Shown here one piece after another: positions 18,715 to 33,700 of a DNA stretch of 64,000 bases. A model generated the notes under the pieces. That model did no database searches. It had not been told where the DNA came from and saw only the letters and a list, made by a program, of their open reading frames with translations. A program made the position numbers and the translations under genes. Every line of letters starts with the position of its first letter. Position 1 is the stretch's first letter. This DNA comes from Alphaproteobacteria bacterium (GTDB taxonomy: Bacteria > Pseudomonadota > Alphaproteobacteria > JABAAW01): the NCBI GenBank assembly GCA_965216605.1, contig CBDCGG010000002.1:1369245-1433244 (forward strand), in the 5' to 3' direction.

Positions 18715-21700
18715 GTGTCGCTGTCCACCCCGCCCCCTGAAGAGGGAGCGTTTAGCGGAAACTCAAACGGCGATGCAAGTGCATCGCGCGTGTCGAAGGA
18801 TAACAAACGTGCACTCAGAGTGAGTGCGTTGCTATCTTCGAGCGCGTTCGCATTTCTGCTCGAAGCTTGTGGCGGAGGAAGCGGCGGCGGAACGGAAATC
18901 CCCGTCGATTCCAGCATTCCCCCCGCCGCCGCAGGCAACTTGAGTGCGTTGCAGCAAAGAGTTATCAACAGCGACGACCCGAGCGTAGCCCCAGAGTCTT
19001 ACCAAGTCACTACACGGCTGATCGATCCGAACGAAAATCCACTGGGAGATTTCTCCTTGCCAGGTCTCGATGCGAAGCTGACCGAATTGAGCGTTACAGA
19101 AGGAGGCAACTTAGACAGCAATAACAACTTTGTGCCGAACGCACAGCAATCTAAGAAGACAACCGCCACCTTCAAAGATCAGGATGTCGAGATCGATCTG
19201 TCGGCTCTTCCCTCGTCGCCACCGCCGCTGAAGCTGGCTGCTGGCTTCCAAGTCGAATTTACCTCCGCAGGGACGGACGCACAAGGGCAGGAAGTTGCAG
19301 AGAAGAGGACGCATATCACCACCCTCAAACAGCAGATTCCAAACAGCGATGATGAGGAAAAAATCGTCATACGACAAGATTACACTCCGGGCAAGACCGA
19401 GCCTGACTTGGTGGAAGTGTTCAAGGAAACTACCACCAGCGTCAAAGACGCAAACGGAAATGTTGTACAGGTTTTCAGAATTGTCGAAAAAATTTCCCAA
19501 GACTCAGAGGGAAATTTTATCTTTTCTCTACCCTTCTATGTCGATGACGATGGAGACCCTGGCACTCCACTCGTGCCGTTGGAAGACGTTGTGGTCACAC
19601 TCAACCCCGACGCACTAACTTTGTCTGACAACAATGGGACAAGTCTGGAAGATATCGTCAAAGAAGTGTTTTCTGTTGCAGAAGAGACTTCCGACAATAC
19701 GCCTCCGTCTCCTGAAGAAACCTCGGTGGAGACGAGCGCCACAGTCTTCAACGCGGACGGGACACCCAAGGAAGAAACTATCACGCGCGGCAACAATTTG
19801 GATGTGGAAGGGAATGACGAAGGCGGCAGGAACGTCTTTGAAGCATCCGACATGGGGGTGCCGCAAAGGTTTCGCGGTACAGATGGAAATACTGAGGATA
19901 GCGTCGACTACAGCGAGTACGATGACCCTATTGCAGTCGACCTGGAGGAGGAAGGCAGACAGACGGATACATTGCCCGATGGCTCAACCCCAGCCAATGC
20001 GGGCGACACGCTTATCTCTATTGAAAATGTGCTGGGCGGCAAGGGCGACGACATCATCAGGGGCGATGATAAAGACAACACGCTGGAGGGCGGAGCGGGC
20101 GACGATACGCTGGAGGGCAGAGGCGGCAAGGACACGCTGCTGGGAGGAACAGGCGACGACACGCTCGTCGGAGGCGATGACGCAGACACTTTGAGGGGAG
20201 GCGAGGGCGACGACACCTTGGCAGGCGGTGCGGGTATAGACGATCTAGACGGCGGCGAGGGTGAAGACACCCTTTCTTACGATGGAGAGACAGGAGGGGT
20301 GAGAGTCAACCTCAATGACAACTCGGCGCTCAACAATAATTTGGTTCGTGATGTGCGCGACACCATCGAAAACTTTGAAAATGTGATCGGCACAGACGAT
20401 GACGATCATATAACCGGCGACAGCGGCGACAATGTCATACAGGGGAGGGGCGGGCGAGACGATCTTTACGGAGGAGACGGAGAAGATACCCTTTCTTACG
20501 AGGGCGAGGATACAGGGGTAACAGTCGACTTGAGGGGCACGCAGCTTTCTTCCGAGGACGACATACAAGACTTTGAAAATGTCATCGGCTCTACAGCAGC
20601 AGACAACATCACAGGCGATCAGAATGACAATGTCATCCAGGGGGGCGGCGGGCAAGACGATCTTGAAGGCGGTGCGGGTGAAGACACCCTTTCTTACGAG
20701 GGAGAGGGGGATGCGGTTATCGTCAACCTCGATGATGGCGGTACGCAGACTTCTTCGCTCGATACGGCGATCAGCGGGTTCGAAAATGTCATCGGATCTA
20801 CAGAAGCAGACACCATCACGGGCGACGACCAGGACAATATCATTGAGGGAGGAGCGGGCGCAGACATATTGGATGGCAAAGGCGGCGAAGACACGGCATC
20901 CTACGAAAACTCCGAGCAGGCGGTCAATGTCGATCTCTCTGACGGCGCAACAGAGAAAGGCGGGGACGCGGAGGGCGACGATCTGCAAAACTTTGAAAAT
21001 GTCCTCGGAAGCGCGGGCGCAGACACCATAAAGGGCGACGACGAGGACAATGTAATCGAAGGGGGAGCAGGCAAAGACAACCTCGACGGCGGAGACGACA
21101 AGCGTGGACTGAAAATCGGTGTAGACATTAACGGCAACGACATCCTCGGCATCGGCGACACCGTCTCTTACGAAAACGAGGAAAGTGGGCTGACCGTCGA
21201 TTTGGACGATGGCGGTGCTCAGCGCGCGACAAGATCGAACGGCAGAGGGGGCACGATGGCTGTCGACGACAGCATTAAAGGATTCGAAAATATCATCGGT
21301 AGCGGATACGACGACACGCTAATGGGCGACGAAAACGCCAACATACTTACAGGCGGCGCGGGTGAGGACACACTCGAAGGCAGAGGAGGCGACGACACGC
21401 TAGAAGGCGGCGACGACACCGACACCTATGTCTATTACTATAGAACCGGTCAAGGCGGCAGAACTGACGGCATTGACACCATCATCGACAGCGGCGCGAA
21501 CACAATCAAAATTTATCTCGATGGAACCTTCGCTAGTAATATCGCGGGGCTAAGCGGTAAGCCATTGCTCGATAAACTGCAGGAGAACGGTGTCCAGATC
21601 GAACGTACTAGAGTGCTCGAAGAAGGAAACCAGAAAGATTACCTACGCATCGAATTCAACGATGTCAACTACCTCCTCGTGGATGGGGGGGGCATCGGCG

Positions 21701-24700
21701 ACCCAGGATTCGCGCTGGAGATTTTCGATGGAAGCAATATCTTATATAACGTTTCGGCGAAAGAGTTGTCGGACAGTTTCGGCGCCGTCGGTGCTGTCTT
21801 TTACGATCAGCCCAATGCCGACGGCACTGCCAAACCCGACACTTATGAGGGGATTCTCATCGATGGCAAGGCTCTCGATACGGTCTCGTACAGAGACGCG
21901 ACCGAAGGTGTAACAGCCAGCTTGGCGGACGATAGTCTGTCAGCTGGCGGGGCGGCGGGAGATACCTTCGATAATATTGGCAACCTCATTGGCTCTGGCA
22001 AGATAGATGGTCTCGACGACCCCGACCTCTACAAGGACACCCTGATCGGTAATGCAAATGACAACAAACTCGAAGGGATGCGCGGCGACGACACGCTGGA
22101 AGGAGGAGGTGGCGGAGACACCTTGGACGGCGGCGCAGGGATCGATACCGCAAGCTACGCAAGTTCTACTAGTAGTGGTGGTGTAGGCATCAACCTAAAA
22201 ACAGGAGAATACAGCGGCGGACACGCAAGCGGGGATGATCTCATCAGCATCGAGAATGTCATCGGTAGCGGACATGGCGACAGGCTTACGGGCGACGACA
22301 ATGCCAACACTTTGCGTGGCGGTGGTGGTGAAGACACCTTGCGAGGCGGTGACGGGGACGACTTCCTATATGGCGATGCAGACGACGACAGACTCTACGG
22401 CGATGAGGGCAACGACATGCTCTATGGCGGTGACGGCGGAGACGAACTATACGGCGGCACGGGTGAAGATAGGCTGGAGGGAGGTGTCGGCGATGACACC
22501 TTGCGAGGAGGTGCAAACAGGGACTTCCTCTATGGAGACGCAGGGGCAGATAAACTCTACGGCGAAACGGGAGACGACGAACTCCACGGCGGCGACGGAG
22601 ACGATATCGTTATGGAAGGCGGCGCGGGAGACGACACTCTATACGGAGAAGCAGGCGACGACACCTTGACGGGCGGTAGCGGCGACGACACCCTAGACGG
22701 TGGAGAGGGAACAGACAGGCTGGAGGGCGGAGCGGGTACAGACGACTACCAATACGACTATAGGTCGGCTGGCGGGACAAACATCGACACCATAGTGGAT
22801 TCCGACAACGACATCGGAGCGATCACCATCGATCTCACCGAGATCTCCCTCACCCCTGAACAAATTGACGCGCTAGAAGGCGCGACGACGAATCGGGATT
22901 TCATCTTGACGCTGCGGCGGGAGACGGTCGCCACAACCGAATACGAAGGTAAAACCCTCGTCATCTCCTTTGACAACGACAATAAACTCCGTATTGACGA
23001 TTTCGACGACCTATCCGACGCAGTAGATCTGATCTTCAAATACAACAGCGACACGCCCGACACGCCCAATAGCAAAACTATCACATCAGGAGATTTACAG
23101 GGGTTGCAAATAATTCCTATCGGCGATGCTGATCCCCTCGTGCTCGAAACAGAACAACTCGCTAATGACCTAGTTATACAGGGGGACGGTTCTACAGGCT
23201 TGAGCTACCAAAACAGCGCGGACAGAGATGGCATTGATATCGTGCTCAACACACAGACGGTAAGGGGAGTAACGCAAAGCATAGGAACGGTCGAACGACG
23301 AGAAACATTCGGGACAAGTAATAATGACGACCTCTTCTTGGTCGACAAGATCGAAGGGAGCGCAAATGCAGACAGATTCACAGGCAACGATAACAGCAAC
23401 ATTTTCACAGGCGGCAAGGGCGACGACGAACTTGACGGCGGCAAGGGCGAGGATGCTTACATCTATCGCTACACTTCCACAGAATCCGACGAAAATGTTC
23501 AGGACGGAAAAGACACGATCTTGCAGGAAGCAGACGATGGGGAAACCAATATCATCCATATCGTTCTCGACAGCGGCAGATTCGCAGGTAACCCAGATTG
23601 GAGAATAAACTTCGTCGCGGGCAAGATCGATAGCGAGGCAGGCACGCTGACGCTCATCTTGAGGAGGGAGAATGCCGATGGAGTCTTCGTCGAGGACCCC
23701 TTGAACAGCATCACACTGCAGCTTGATGATGTGCAGAATGGAAGATTCTCTCTCCAGTTCGACAGCGGCGAAGGTTTGGAAACCCCCGATACCACTGTCA
23801 GCGCATCAGACTTGGGAGATTATCTGAGAGAGCTCGTTTTGGAGGGAGAAAATCTCGTCGTTGTTCGCGGTGTGACAGCCACCGCGACGGGAACAGGCGG
23901 CTCAAACACCCTTTCCTTTGAAGAAATCGTCGATCCCAATGAAAAGGTGACCCTCGACCTTTCGCAATCCAGTCCGCAAAAAGCCACAATTGCCGACAGC
24001 AACGATGTTACCTTCCAAGAGATCGAGATATCAAACATACAAAACATCATCGGTAGCGCGGGCGCAGACAAGCTCACCGGCAACAGCCAAGACAACATGC
24101 TCGTAGGAGAGGACGGAGACGATATTCTCGATGGCGACGCGGGCGACGACACGCTGGACGGCGGCGCGGGAGACGACGAACTCACAGGCGGCGCGGGAGA
24201 CGACATTCTCCAAGGTGGCGACGGCGCGGATACCTATATCTTTGAGGGTGCCTTCGGCATCGACATACTCACGGACGCGGACGAGGTGCTTGGAGGAGAC
24301 CAAGTCGTCAATATCCTGCGCTTCGACAATGCTCGCGACCACGATGCCGAATGGCAGGAACAATTCTCCTTTGGATTAAACAACAACGAGCTCACGATAA
24401 CCTTTGCCGACGGTAGCGACACGGGGTCGGTCAATATCCAACGCTACAGCGCAGCAGGAGAATTCCAGTTCAAGTACGGAGATAGGGATGACGAAATCCT
24501 CAGGGTTAAACTGGGATTGGCAGGGGACGACACCTTCACAGGGTATGTAGACCCCGATACGGGGGATGAAGAGAGGGATTACCTGCTCGGCTTCGATGGA
24601 GATGACACTCTAAAAGGCGGCGGCAACGACGACTTCCTATACGGCGGAGACGACGACGACAAACTCTACGGAGGCACAACGGGGGCAGACGGCGAGACAG

Positions 24701-27700
24701 GGACAGGCAAAGACACCCTAGAAGGAGGCAAGGGCGACGACGAACTCTACGGCGGCGACGGAGACGACACCTATGTCTATTACTACACAGACACAAGAAA
24801 AGACGGCGGCGACACGATCGCAAACGACGATTTAGGGGATAATGTGATCCGAATCGTCTTGACGAACGGAACATCAGGAAGGACGTTGGAAGCGTTGGGC
24901 ATAACCGTAGAGAAAGAGTCCAACACTATCATCCGCTTCCAGTTCGCTGAGAGCAGCAACTATATCGATGTTTTCAGACAAAATATTGTCGACGAAAAAA
25001 TGAAGCTGACTTTTGTGGATGAAAACGGACGCTCCTTGTTTGAGGTTCCCGCGGACGAGTTGATAACTTATCTGCCGAGGTTAGATGTTGATGTTACCGA
25101 TGACCTCATCGAAGATCTCATCCTACTCGGCGAACCTTTGGACGGTGGCAGAGAATTTTCTGCAAGCCTCGATGACGATGACCGGGGCGGCTCGCTAGAC
25201 TTCAGCGGCTTCGACGATGCGGGCGACATCCTCGAAGTCACACTACAAGATCCTCCCGATGCATCTAGCATCGCTACGGTCAATGGCAAGGATGCCGAGA
25301 TCATAGGGACGACCGACATCATAGGCACCAGCGGCGATGACACTATCATAGGAAACGACCAGTCCAATATATTAGAAGGCGGAGAGGGAGACGACCAGAT
25401 CGGCGGGGGAGCAGGTAAAGACCGACTCGACGGCGGTGCTGGCACAGACACCCTCATTTACGAGGACGAAAACGATCCCGCAGACACGGGCGTTGCCGTC
25501 GACTTGGGAGATGATACAGCGAATAACTACGATGGAACTAATGTTCTGGATGAGCGCGACGAGATCGAAAACTTTGAAAATGTCATCGGCACCGAACACG
25601 CCGATCTGCTCATAGGTGACAATTCTGCCAATATCCTTGAAGGTAGGGGCGGTGAGGACAGCTTGCGCGGCGAAGGCGGCGACGACACGCTTGAGGGCGG
25701 CGACGACAACGACAATCTCTACGGCGGTAGTGGCGACGACACGCTATACGGCGGAACAGCAGAGGATGATAGCAGAACTGGCAACGACCTCTTGGAGGGC
25801 GGTAGGGGCGAAGACAAACTCTACGGGCACGACGGCGACGATACGCTTGAGGGAGGCGAAGGGGAAGACATCATCGATGGCGGGGAAGACGAAGATACGG
25901 CAAGCTACGCAGGTTCAGACGATGGTGTCCGAGTTGATCTTAGCAGAGGGAGCACGCCGCAGGACACCAGCAACAACGGAGACGCCGCGGGCGACACGCT
26001 CATAGACATAGAAAATGTTATCGGATCAAGCAGAGACGACGAACTCAGGGGCAACGAGGAGGATAACACCCTGACAGGCGGCGACGGAGACGATATCCTC
26101 GAAGGTGGCGGGGGAGACGATATCCTCGAAGGGGGAGAAGGAGACGAAGCTGATGGTGATACGGTAAGCTACGAAAATGCCCGTAATGGTGTCGATGCCA
26201 ACCTCGCGACAGAGACAGGCACAGACATAGGTAGAGGAAGAGATGTAGGTGACGACACGCTCACAGACATCGAGAATATCAGAGGCTCGAGCTTCGACGA
26301 CATACTAACGGGCGACGATGAAGAAAACGAGATCTACGGCTTAGCAGGCGACGACATCATCGATGGCGGCGCGGGAGACGACATCATCGAAGGCGGCGAG
26401 GGCGCAGACGAGATAAAAGGCGGCGAGGGAGACGATAACCTCGACGGTGGTACAGACTCAGGTACAGACACAAGCAAAGACACCCTCTCCTACGCGGGGG
26501 AGACAATCGCTGACGATGAGCTGCTTGAGGTCGACTTGCGCGGCAACCAGAGATCTTCGCACGACAATATATCGAACTTTGAAAATGTCATAGGATCAAG
26601 CAACGACGACGAGATCACGGGCAACGAAGGGGTAAACATCCTAAAAGGCGGCGGAGGCGGCGACATACTGGAAGGAGAAGGGATGGACGATGTTCTCGAA
26701 GGAGGAGACGGCGACGACTTCCTTTACGGAGGAACAGAAAGCGATAGCAGCGGATCGGGCGCAGACACCCTCAAGGGCGAAGCAGGCGACGACGAACTTT
26801 ATGGCGGCGACGATAACGATATCCTATACGGCGGCGACGACGACACCGATAATAGCGGCGGCGCAGGCAAGGACAAACTATACGGCGGCGCGGGAGACGA
26901 CACACTCTACGGCGGAGGCGGCGACGACGAACTTGACGGCGGAGAGGGAAACGACGAACTATACGGCGGCGACGGCGAGGATACGGCAAGCTACGCAACT
27001 ACCGACAACGATCTCAGTGTCACTCTTAATGACGGAGGCGATAGCACACTAACAGGAGGAGCAGATGTCGGCACCGACACGCTCACAGATATCGAAAACA
27101 TCAGAAGTGGTAGCGGCGACGACACCATCATAGGTAACAGCGATGGTAACAAACTCTACGGCGGCGAGGGAGACGACGAGATAGAAGGAAATGCAGGCAA
27201 CGACTTCCTCTACGGAGGAACAGGTGAAGACGGCGAGACAGGGACAGGCGACGACGAGCTTGACGGAGGCGAGGGCAACGACGAACTCTACGGTGGCGAT
27301 GGAGATGATATACTCGAAGGCGGCGCAGGAAACGACAGGCTCGACGGCGGGGAAGGCGACGAAACTGATGGTGATACGGCAACATACGAAAACGATGATA
27401 AGGGGGTCGTTGTCGCACTAGGTGAAAATGGAGGTGAGGGAACAAGTACAGGAGCAGATGTGGGCACCGACACGCTCATAGACATTGAGAACATCAAAGG
27501 CGGTAGCGGCGACGACATAATCGTGGGCGACAACGAAGGAAACAAGCTCGAAGGCGGCGCGGGAGACGACATCGTACAAGGCGGAGGCGGACGCGACGAT
27601 CTCTATGGCGGCGATGGCACAGACACCCTCTCCTACGAGGGCGAAGATACTGCGGTTGTCGTCAACCTAGCCGGCACGCAGACTTCTGACCTCGACAATA

Positions 27701-30700
27701 TTGAAGGCTTTGAAAATATTATCGGCAGCACCGAAGGCGACACGCTCACGGGCGATGGCGAGGAAAACACCCTAGAAGGCAAGGGTGGCAATGACACCAT
27801 CAAAGGCGGCGCGGGCGACGACACCATCTACGGCGGCGACGGAGACGATACACGCCTTGACGGTGACGCAGGAAATGACACGATCGCAGGTGGTGAAGGG
27901 GACGACGAACTCCACGGCGGCGACGACAACGACATCCTCTACGGCGGAGATAACGCAAACGAGGACAGCGGAGGAACAGGCACGGACTTCATCTATGGCG
28001 ACGCAGGCGACGACAAACTCTACGGCGGAGGCGGCGACGACACGCTAGAGGGTGGCGCGGACGAAGACGAACTCTACGGCGGCGAAGGGGTAGACATCCT
28101 AAAGGGCGACGCAGGCGACGACAAACTATACGGAGGCGACGACAACGATGAGCTCTACGGCGGCGACGACGCAACCGATAACAGCGGCGGCGCAGGCAAG
28201 GACGAACTCTACGGAGGCGCAGGCGACGACAAACTATACGGCGGCGGTGGAACAGACACGCTAGAGGGTGGTACGGGTATCGACGAACTCCACGGCGGCG
28301 ATGACGACGATACCTTGCGCGGCGGCGGCGACAACGACGAACTCTACGGCGATGCAGGCGCAGACACGCTAGAAGGTGGTACGGGTATCGACGAACTCCA
28401 CGGCGGTGCGGACGGAGACATACTCAAGGGCGACGAGGGCAACGACGAACTCTACGGCGATGCAGGCGACGATACGCTGGAGGGAGGCGCAGACAACGAC
28501 GAACTATACGGAGGAGACGGGGGAGACATCCTCATAGGCGGTACAGGCAACGATAGGCTTGAGGGTGACGATGAGGCGGGCGGAGGCGCAGACACGCTAG
28601 AAGGCGGCGCGGGCGCAGACATCTATGTCTATCACTACATAGGCACGGCTGTCGGTAGAAAGGACGGAATCGACACCATCAACACAGAGACAGACAGCGG
28701 CAACACCATCCGCATCGTAGTCGACCCCAATCAAGACGCTTGGGGAGTAGGTGAGGGAATCTATTTCGCAAAGCATTATACCGACGACTCTGATCCTAGT
28801 ACTGAAGTGACGGCGCAGGTGCGTCTTTTCTTCGATGCCGACAACTACATCGTTTTGACCAGAGCCGACCTCGATAGCAACGGAAACGCTGACGGCGGCA
28901 CTTCAAAGTTCAAACTGGAAATTCAAGATGCCCTCGGCAATGATCTAACGCCAAATTCTCTGAAAAATGCCGAAGGTGTACTCAATCCCGCCGCGGCTCT
29001 ACAACTTGAATACGATGCCTTTGCCAACCCCCCGCCCCCGCAGATTCATACCTACTTGTCTGGCGGTAGCAATTCAGACTTCGATGAAAAAGGCGAGGTG
29101 GTCATAGTTATCGATGCTTTGAATTTGGGCGACGCTTTTACGATACAAGATTTGTTGGCGAGCGGAAAATTCTCTTACGAAGAGAGCGGCGGCAAGATCG
29201 TTCTCACCTTTGGCGACGGCAGTTCGGGTTCGCTCACACAGACGGTCACCCTCAACAGCTCGCCACCTAATATCACCATAACAGACGGTAGCGCAACGGT
29301 AGTAGACAATGAAGTGGTGCTAACGGGAGACACCACAACGCTGGAGTATGCAGCAGATGCACTCCCCCCCAATAACCTCATCGGGATATTGGATGGATAT
29401 ACCGTCCGCGCTCCCGATCAAGTCGAAGCCGACACTTACCTCGTCTTGGGGTCGTCCGCCACAGGCGAGACAGCCGACTTCTCGGCACTATCGGAGGCTG
29501 TCGTCCTTGATCTTGCCAACGCCGAGAGAACAGGAATGGTTGGAACGCGTAAAATCGCCGTCATAGATATCGAAAACATCGAAGGCGGTAGCGGCGCAGA
29601 CATACTCACCGGCGACGACACTGCCAACATCATCACTGGTAACGCGGGCGGAGATACCTTGAGGGGAGGCTTGGGCGGAGACACGCTCATCGGCGGCGAG
29701 GACACAACCGACAACAGCGGAACAGGCAACGACGAACTCTACGGCGACGAGGGGGCAGACAATCTATACGGCGGCGGCGGCGAAGACATCTTGCACGGCG
29801 GCGATGACGGCGATACCTTGCGCGGCGGAGACGACGACGACATCCTCTACGGCGGCGACGACGCAACCAACAACAGCGGCGGCGCAGGCGCGGACGAACT
29901 CTACGGCGGCGCAGGCAACGACGAACTCTACGGCGGAGGCGGCAACGACGAACTCGACGGCGGAGGCGGCGAGGATACGTTAGAAGGCGGCGCGGGTACA
30001 GATACGCTCACCGGCGGCGCGGGCATAGACACCTATGTCTATCACTACACAACCGCAAGACAAGACGGAGCAGACACGATCCAGGCGGAGGTCGAGACAG
30101 ATACCAACATTATCCGCATCGTCGTCGATGCTAGTGCTATCACCTCGGGCACGACTTGGAGTGACTTGATAGAGATAGATAGGGATACAACTACCGACAA
30201 GCTGACCTTGACCATGAAGGGCAGTATCACAGGTCATACCATCGAGCTGACCCTCAGCAATGTTATAAGCGGCAGGTTCTCCATTGAGTTCGCCAGCACC
30301 TCGACAGGGATAGCCACCATCATCGAGGACCTGAAAGGCTTGGTAGATAAAGTTTTCGTGCCAAGCACAACAACTGGTGCTGATGTTCTAAGGGTCTTGC
30401 CTCTAGTCACGCGCGAGGTTACAGGAGATCCCCAAGATACCGTTTCTTTTGAAGACTTTGACTCTGACTATTCGGTTGCTCTCAACCTTGCCGATCCCAA
30501 TCCGCAAGCCGTCATTACCCACACGACCCTTGATCGACAATCAGTCAAGGTCACAGAAGTGCTAAACATCATCGGTAGCGGCGGAGCAGACACGCTCATA
30601 GGCAACAGCGGAGGCAACAGGATCGACGGCGGCGACGGAGCAGATACCATCGAAGGCGGAGCAGGCGACGACTTCCTCTACGGCGACGCGGGAGACGATA

Positions 30701-33700
30701 TCCTTACGGGTGGAGCAGGCGCAGATACCATCTACGGCGGCGCGGGCGACGATATCATCAAAGGCGGCGTGGGTGTCGATACACTTCTCGACGGCGGAGT
30801 CGGTGGATCAGACACCATCTCCTACGAGGACGAGACTGATGCAGTTGTTGTCAACCTACTCGGCATGCAGACTTCTAACAGCGACACGACCATCGCTAAC
30901 TTTGAAAATATCATCGGCGGCTCTGGTGGCGATACGCTAACGGGCGACGGCACTGCCAACCGCCTAGAAGGTGGGGTAGGCACGCTCGGCGAAACAGACA
31001 CGCTCACGGGCGGCGTGGGCGCGGATACCTATGTATATCACTATACAGCTACAAGAAAAGACGGAGCAGACATCATCACAGCAGGGGAGGATACAGGCAA
31101 CATCCTTGAAATCCATGTCGACGATCCATCAACAGCATGGAGCGTATCTACGGAAGTCCTTACGCTAAACGAGCCGACAGGGTTGATAAGATTTGATCGG
31201 CATGACTCTGACAATGTGCGCCTCGTCTTCGACACAAACACTGGCGATCCTGCAACCAACGCCGACGCTAACAACTATATCGTTTTAAACAAAGCCGATC
31301 TTCGCGACGCAAAATTCTCTCTGCAACTCTTCGATCTCGACGGTGCGTCAATCCCGCTGATTGATGCGGGAGTTGTTGCAACAGCATTCGATGCATACGA
31401 GGCGAACATCCCTGCGGACTTCGTCTACCCCAATGCGCTCGTTGAGCAAGGTAGCACTCTCGGCGGCGAGTATATTGTCGAGTTGTCCGCTCTCGCCGAC
31501 GACATCACCCCCGCCTTCAGCGCTGCCACAACGCTAACAGATCTTTTGGCTTCCGGTCGCGTCGCCTTCTTCAGGACGGGCGATAATGGCGAGCATGTGA
31601 AAATAGTCTTTGTAAATGCCGACGGCAGCTACGATGCCACAAACTCTCTGACCTTTACGGATGTCTATGATGCAGGAGGCAATCTGCTCGACGCTTTCAG
31701 AGACTTGAAAATCATTTTCCGCCAAGATGGTAGCCAGTTTGAAGTTTCTACTTTCGGAACAGACCTTGAGGGTTTGACGGTAACGGAAACGATAGCGGGA
31801 ACGGGAATCGTGGTTGCTGGCGACGATGCCTTCTTTATCAATGGCGACGGCACAACAACGAATGCAAACTTCGCAACCTTGCTGGATGTCGACAAGACGC
31901 TGGAAGTCATATCTATTGAGGGTGGTGTGTTGCTGGCTGTCGTCAGAGACACAGCAACCCCCCCGAATCTTGTCGGGAGCTATATCTTACGCAATGTCGA
32001 TACGATCACGGGCGGCGACGGCGACGACAGCCTAACGGCAGACGATACGGGCATAATCCTCAAAGGCGGAGACGGTGTAGATACGCTCACAGGCGGCGCG
32101 GGAGTAGACATCTTGGAAGGTGGCGTAGGCGGCGATACCTTGCGTGGCGGTGGCGAAGACGACACCTTGCGCGGCAACGAAGACAACGACATGCTCTATG
32201 GAGAGGCGGGCAGCGACACCCTTGAAGGAGGCTTGGGCATAGACACGCTCGACGGCGGCGAGGGAGACGATACCCTTAAAGGCGGCGACGGCGATGATAT
32301 CTATATCTTTAACGCACAAAGCGGCTCGGACACCATAGAAGATGCAGATGGTGACAATATCCTGCGTTTTGATGACGCTACAGGTTTGGGATACTTCACC
32401 TCCTTCGCGCTCGCTAGCGATGGCACTTTCACGATCACATACGGTGCTTCCTCCTCCATATTGACCATCTTGAATTTCGCGCCAGAAAATTTCGTCTTCC
32501 AGGGAACGGGTGGTGTTCTCCTCAATATCGTGCTGGGGACAGCGGGCGGCGACATATTGTCAGGGAGCGTGGGAGATGTTGCTGATTACCAACTCGGCTT
32601 TGCGGGCGACGACACGCTAGAAGGTAGCGCGGGCGCAGATACGCTCGATGGCGGCGCAGATGAGGATACGGTGAGCTACAACAGAGTTGACGCTACGGAG
32701 GGTGTTCAGGTCGATCTATCTGGCAACACTGCCAATACAGGCGGAGACGCAACAGGCGATACGCTTCTGAACATTGAAAACATCTTCGGAAGCATCCACG
32801 ACGACATGCTTACGGGCAACGGCGAGGGCAACCAGATCGCAGGTCTAGCGGGCAACGACGAAATCCATGGCGGTGCAGGCGACGACTTCCTCTACGGCGG
32901 CGATGGCGACGACATACTTGAAGGTGGCGAGGGGGAAGACACGCTCGACGGCGGCGCAGATACAGACACCGCAAGCTACGAAAGCGCTGCTGGGGGGGTC
33001 ACTGTCGATCTCGGTGAAACGGGAAAACAGACAGTAGGATCAGGAGATGCATTAGGCGACACGCTCACAGGCATCGAGAACCTCATCGGAAGCAAATACG
33101 GCGACACGCTAACGGGTGACGAGCTCCTCACCAACTCCCACACCCTACAAGGCGGCGCTGGCGACGACATGATTACAGGTGGTGGGGGCAACGACTTCCT
33201 CTACGGCGGCACGGGTGCAGTAGACGAGACAGGGACAGGCGACGACACCATCGACGGCGGCGCAGGCGCGGACACGCTAGAAGGCGGCGACGGTACAGAC
33301 ACGCTAACAGGCGGCTTGGGCGTGGATACCTATGTCTATCACTACATAAACACGCCTGACGGTAGAAAGGACGGCGTCGACACCATCACGGAAGCCGACG
33401 AGTTGAATTTAATGGGAGCTGCCCAAGTCATCAACACCCTCGAACTCCATGTCCAATCCCTCGCAGGTGCGTGGACACCCGATCTGACACCTGAGACGGA
33501 AGACTTACCGATAGGTTTGATACGCTTCCATACAGAAGACATCGACCCTTTTGGCACGGTGCGCCTCGTCTTCGACACAGACGACAGCGACCCCGCTACC
33601 AACGCCGACTCTGACAACTATATCCTTCTCAAGACAAGCGACATCACCAATGGAAGATTCAAACTAACAATATTTGAATCCGATCCCTTGACAGCCCCGA

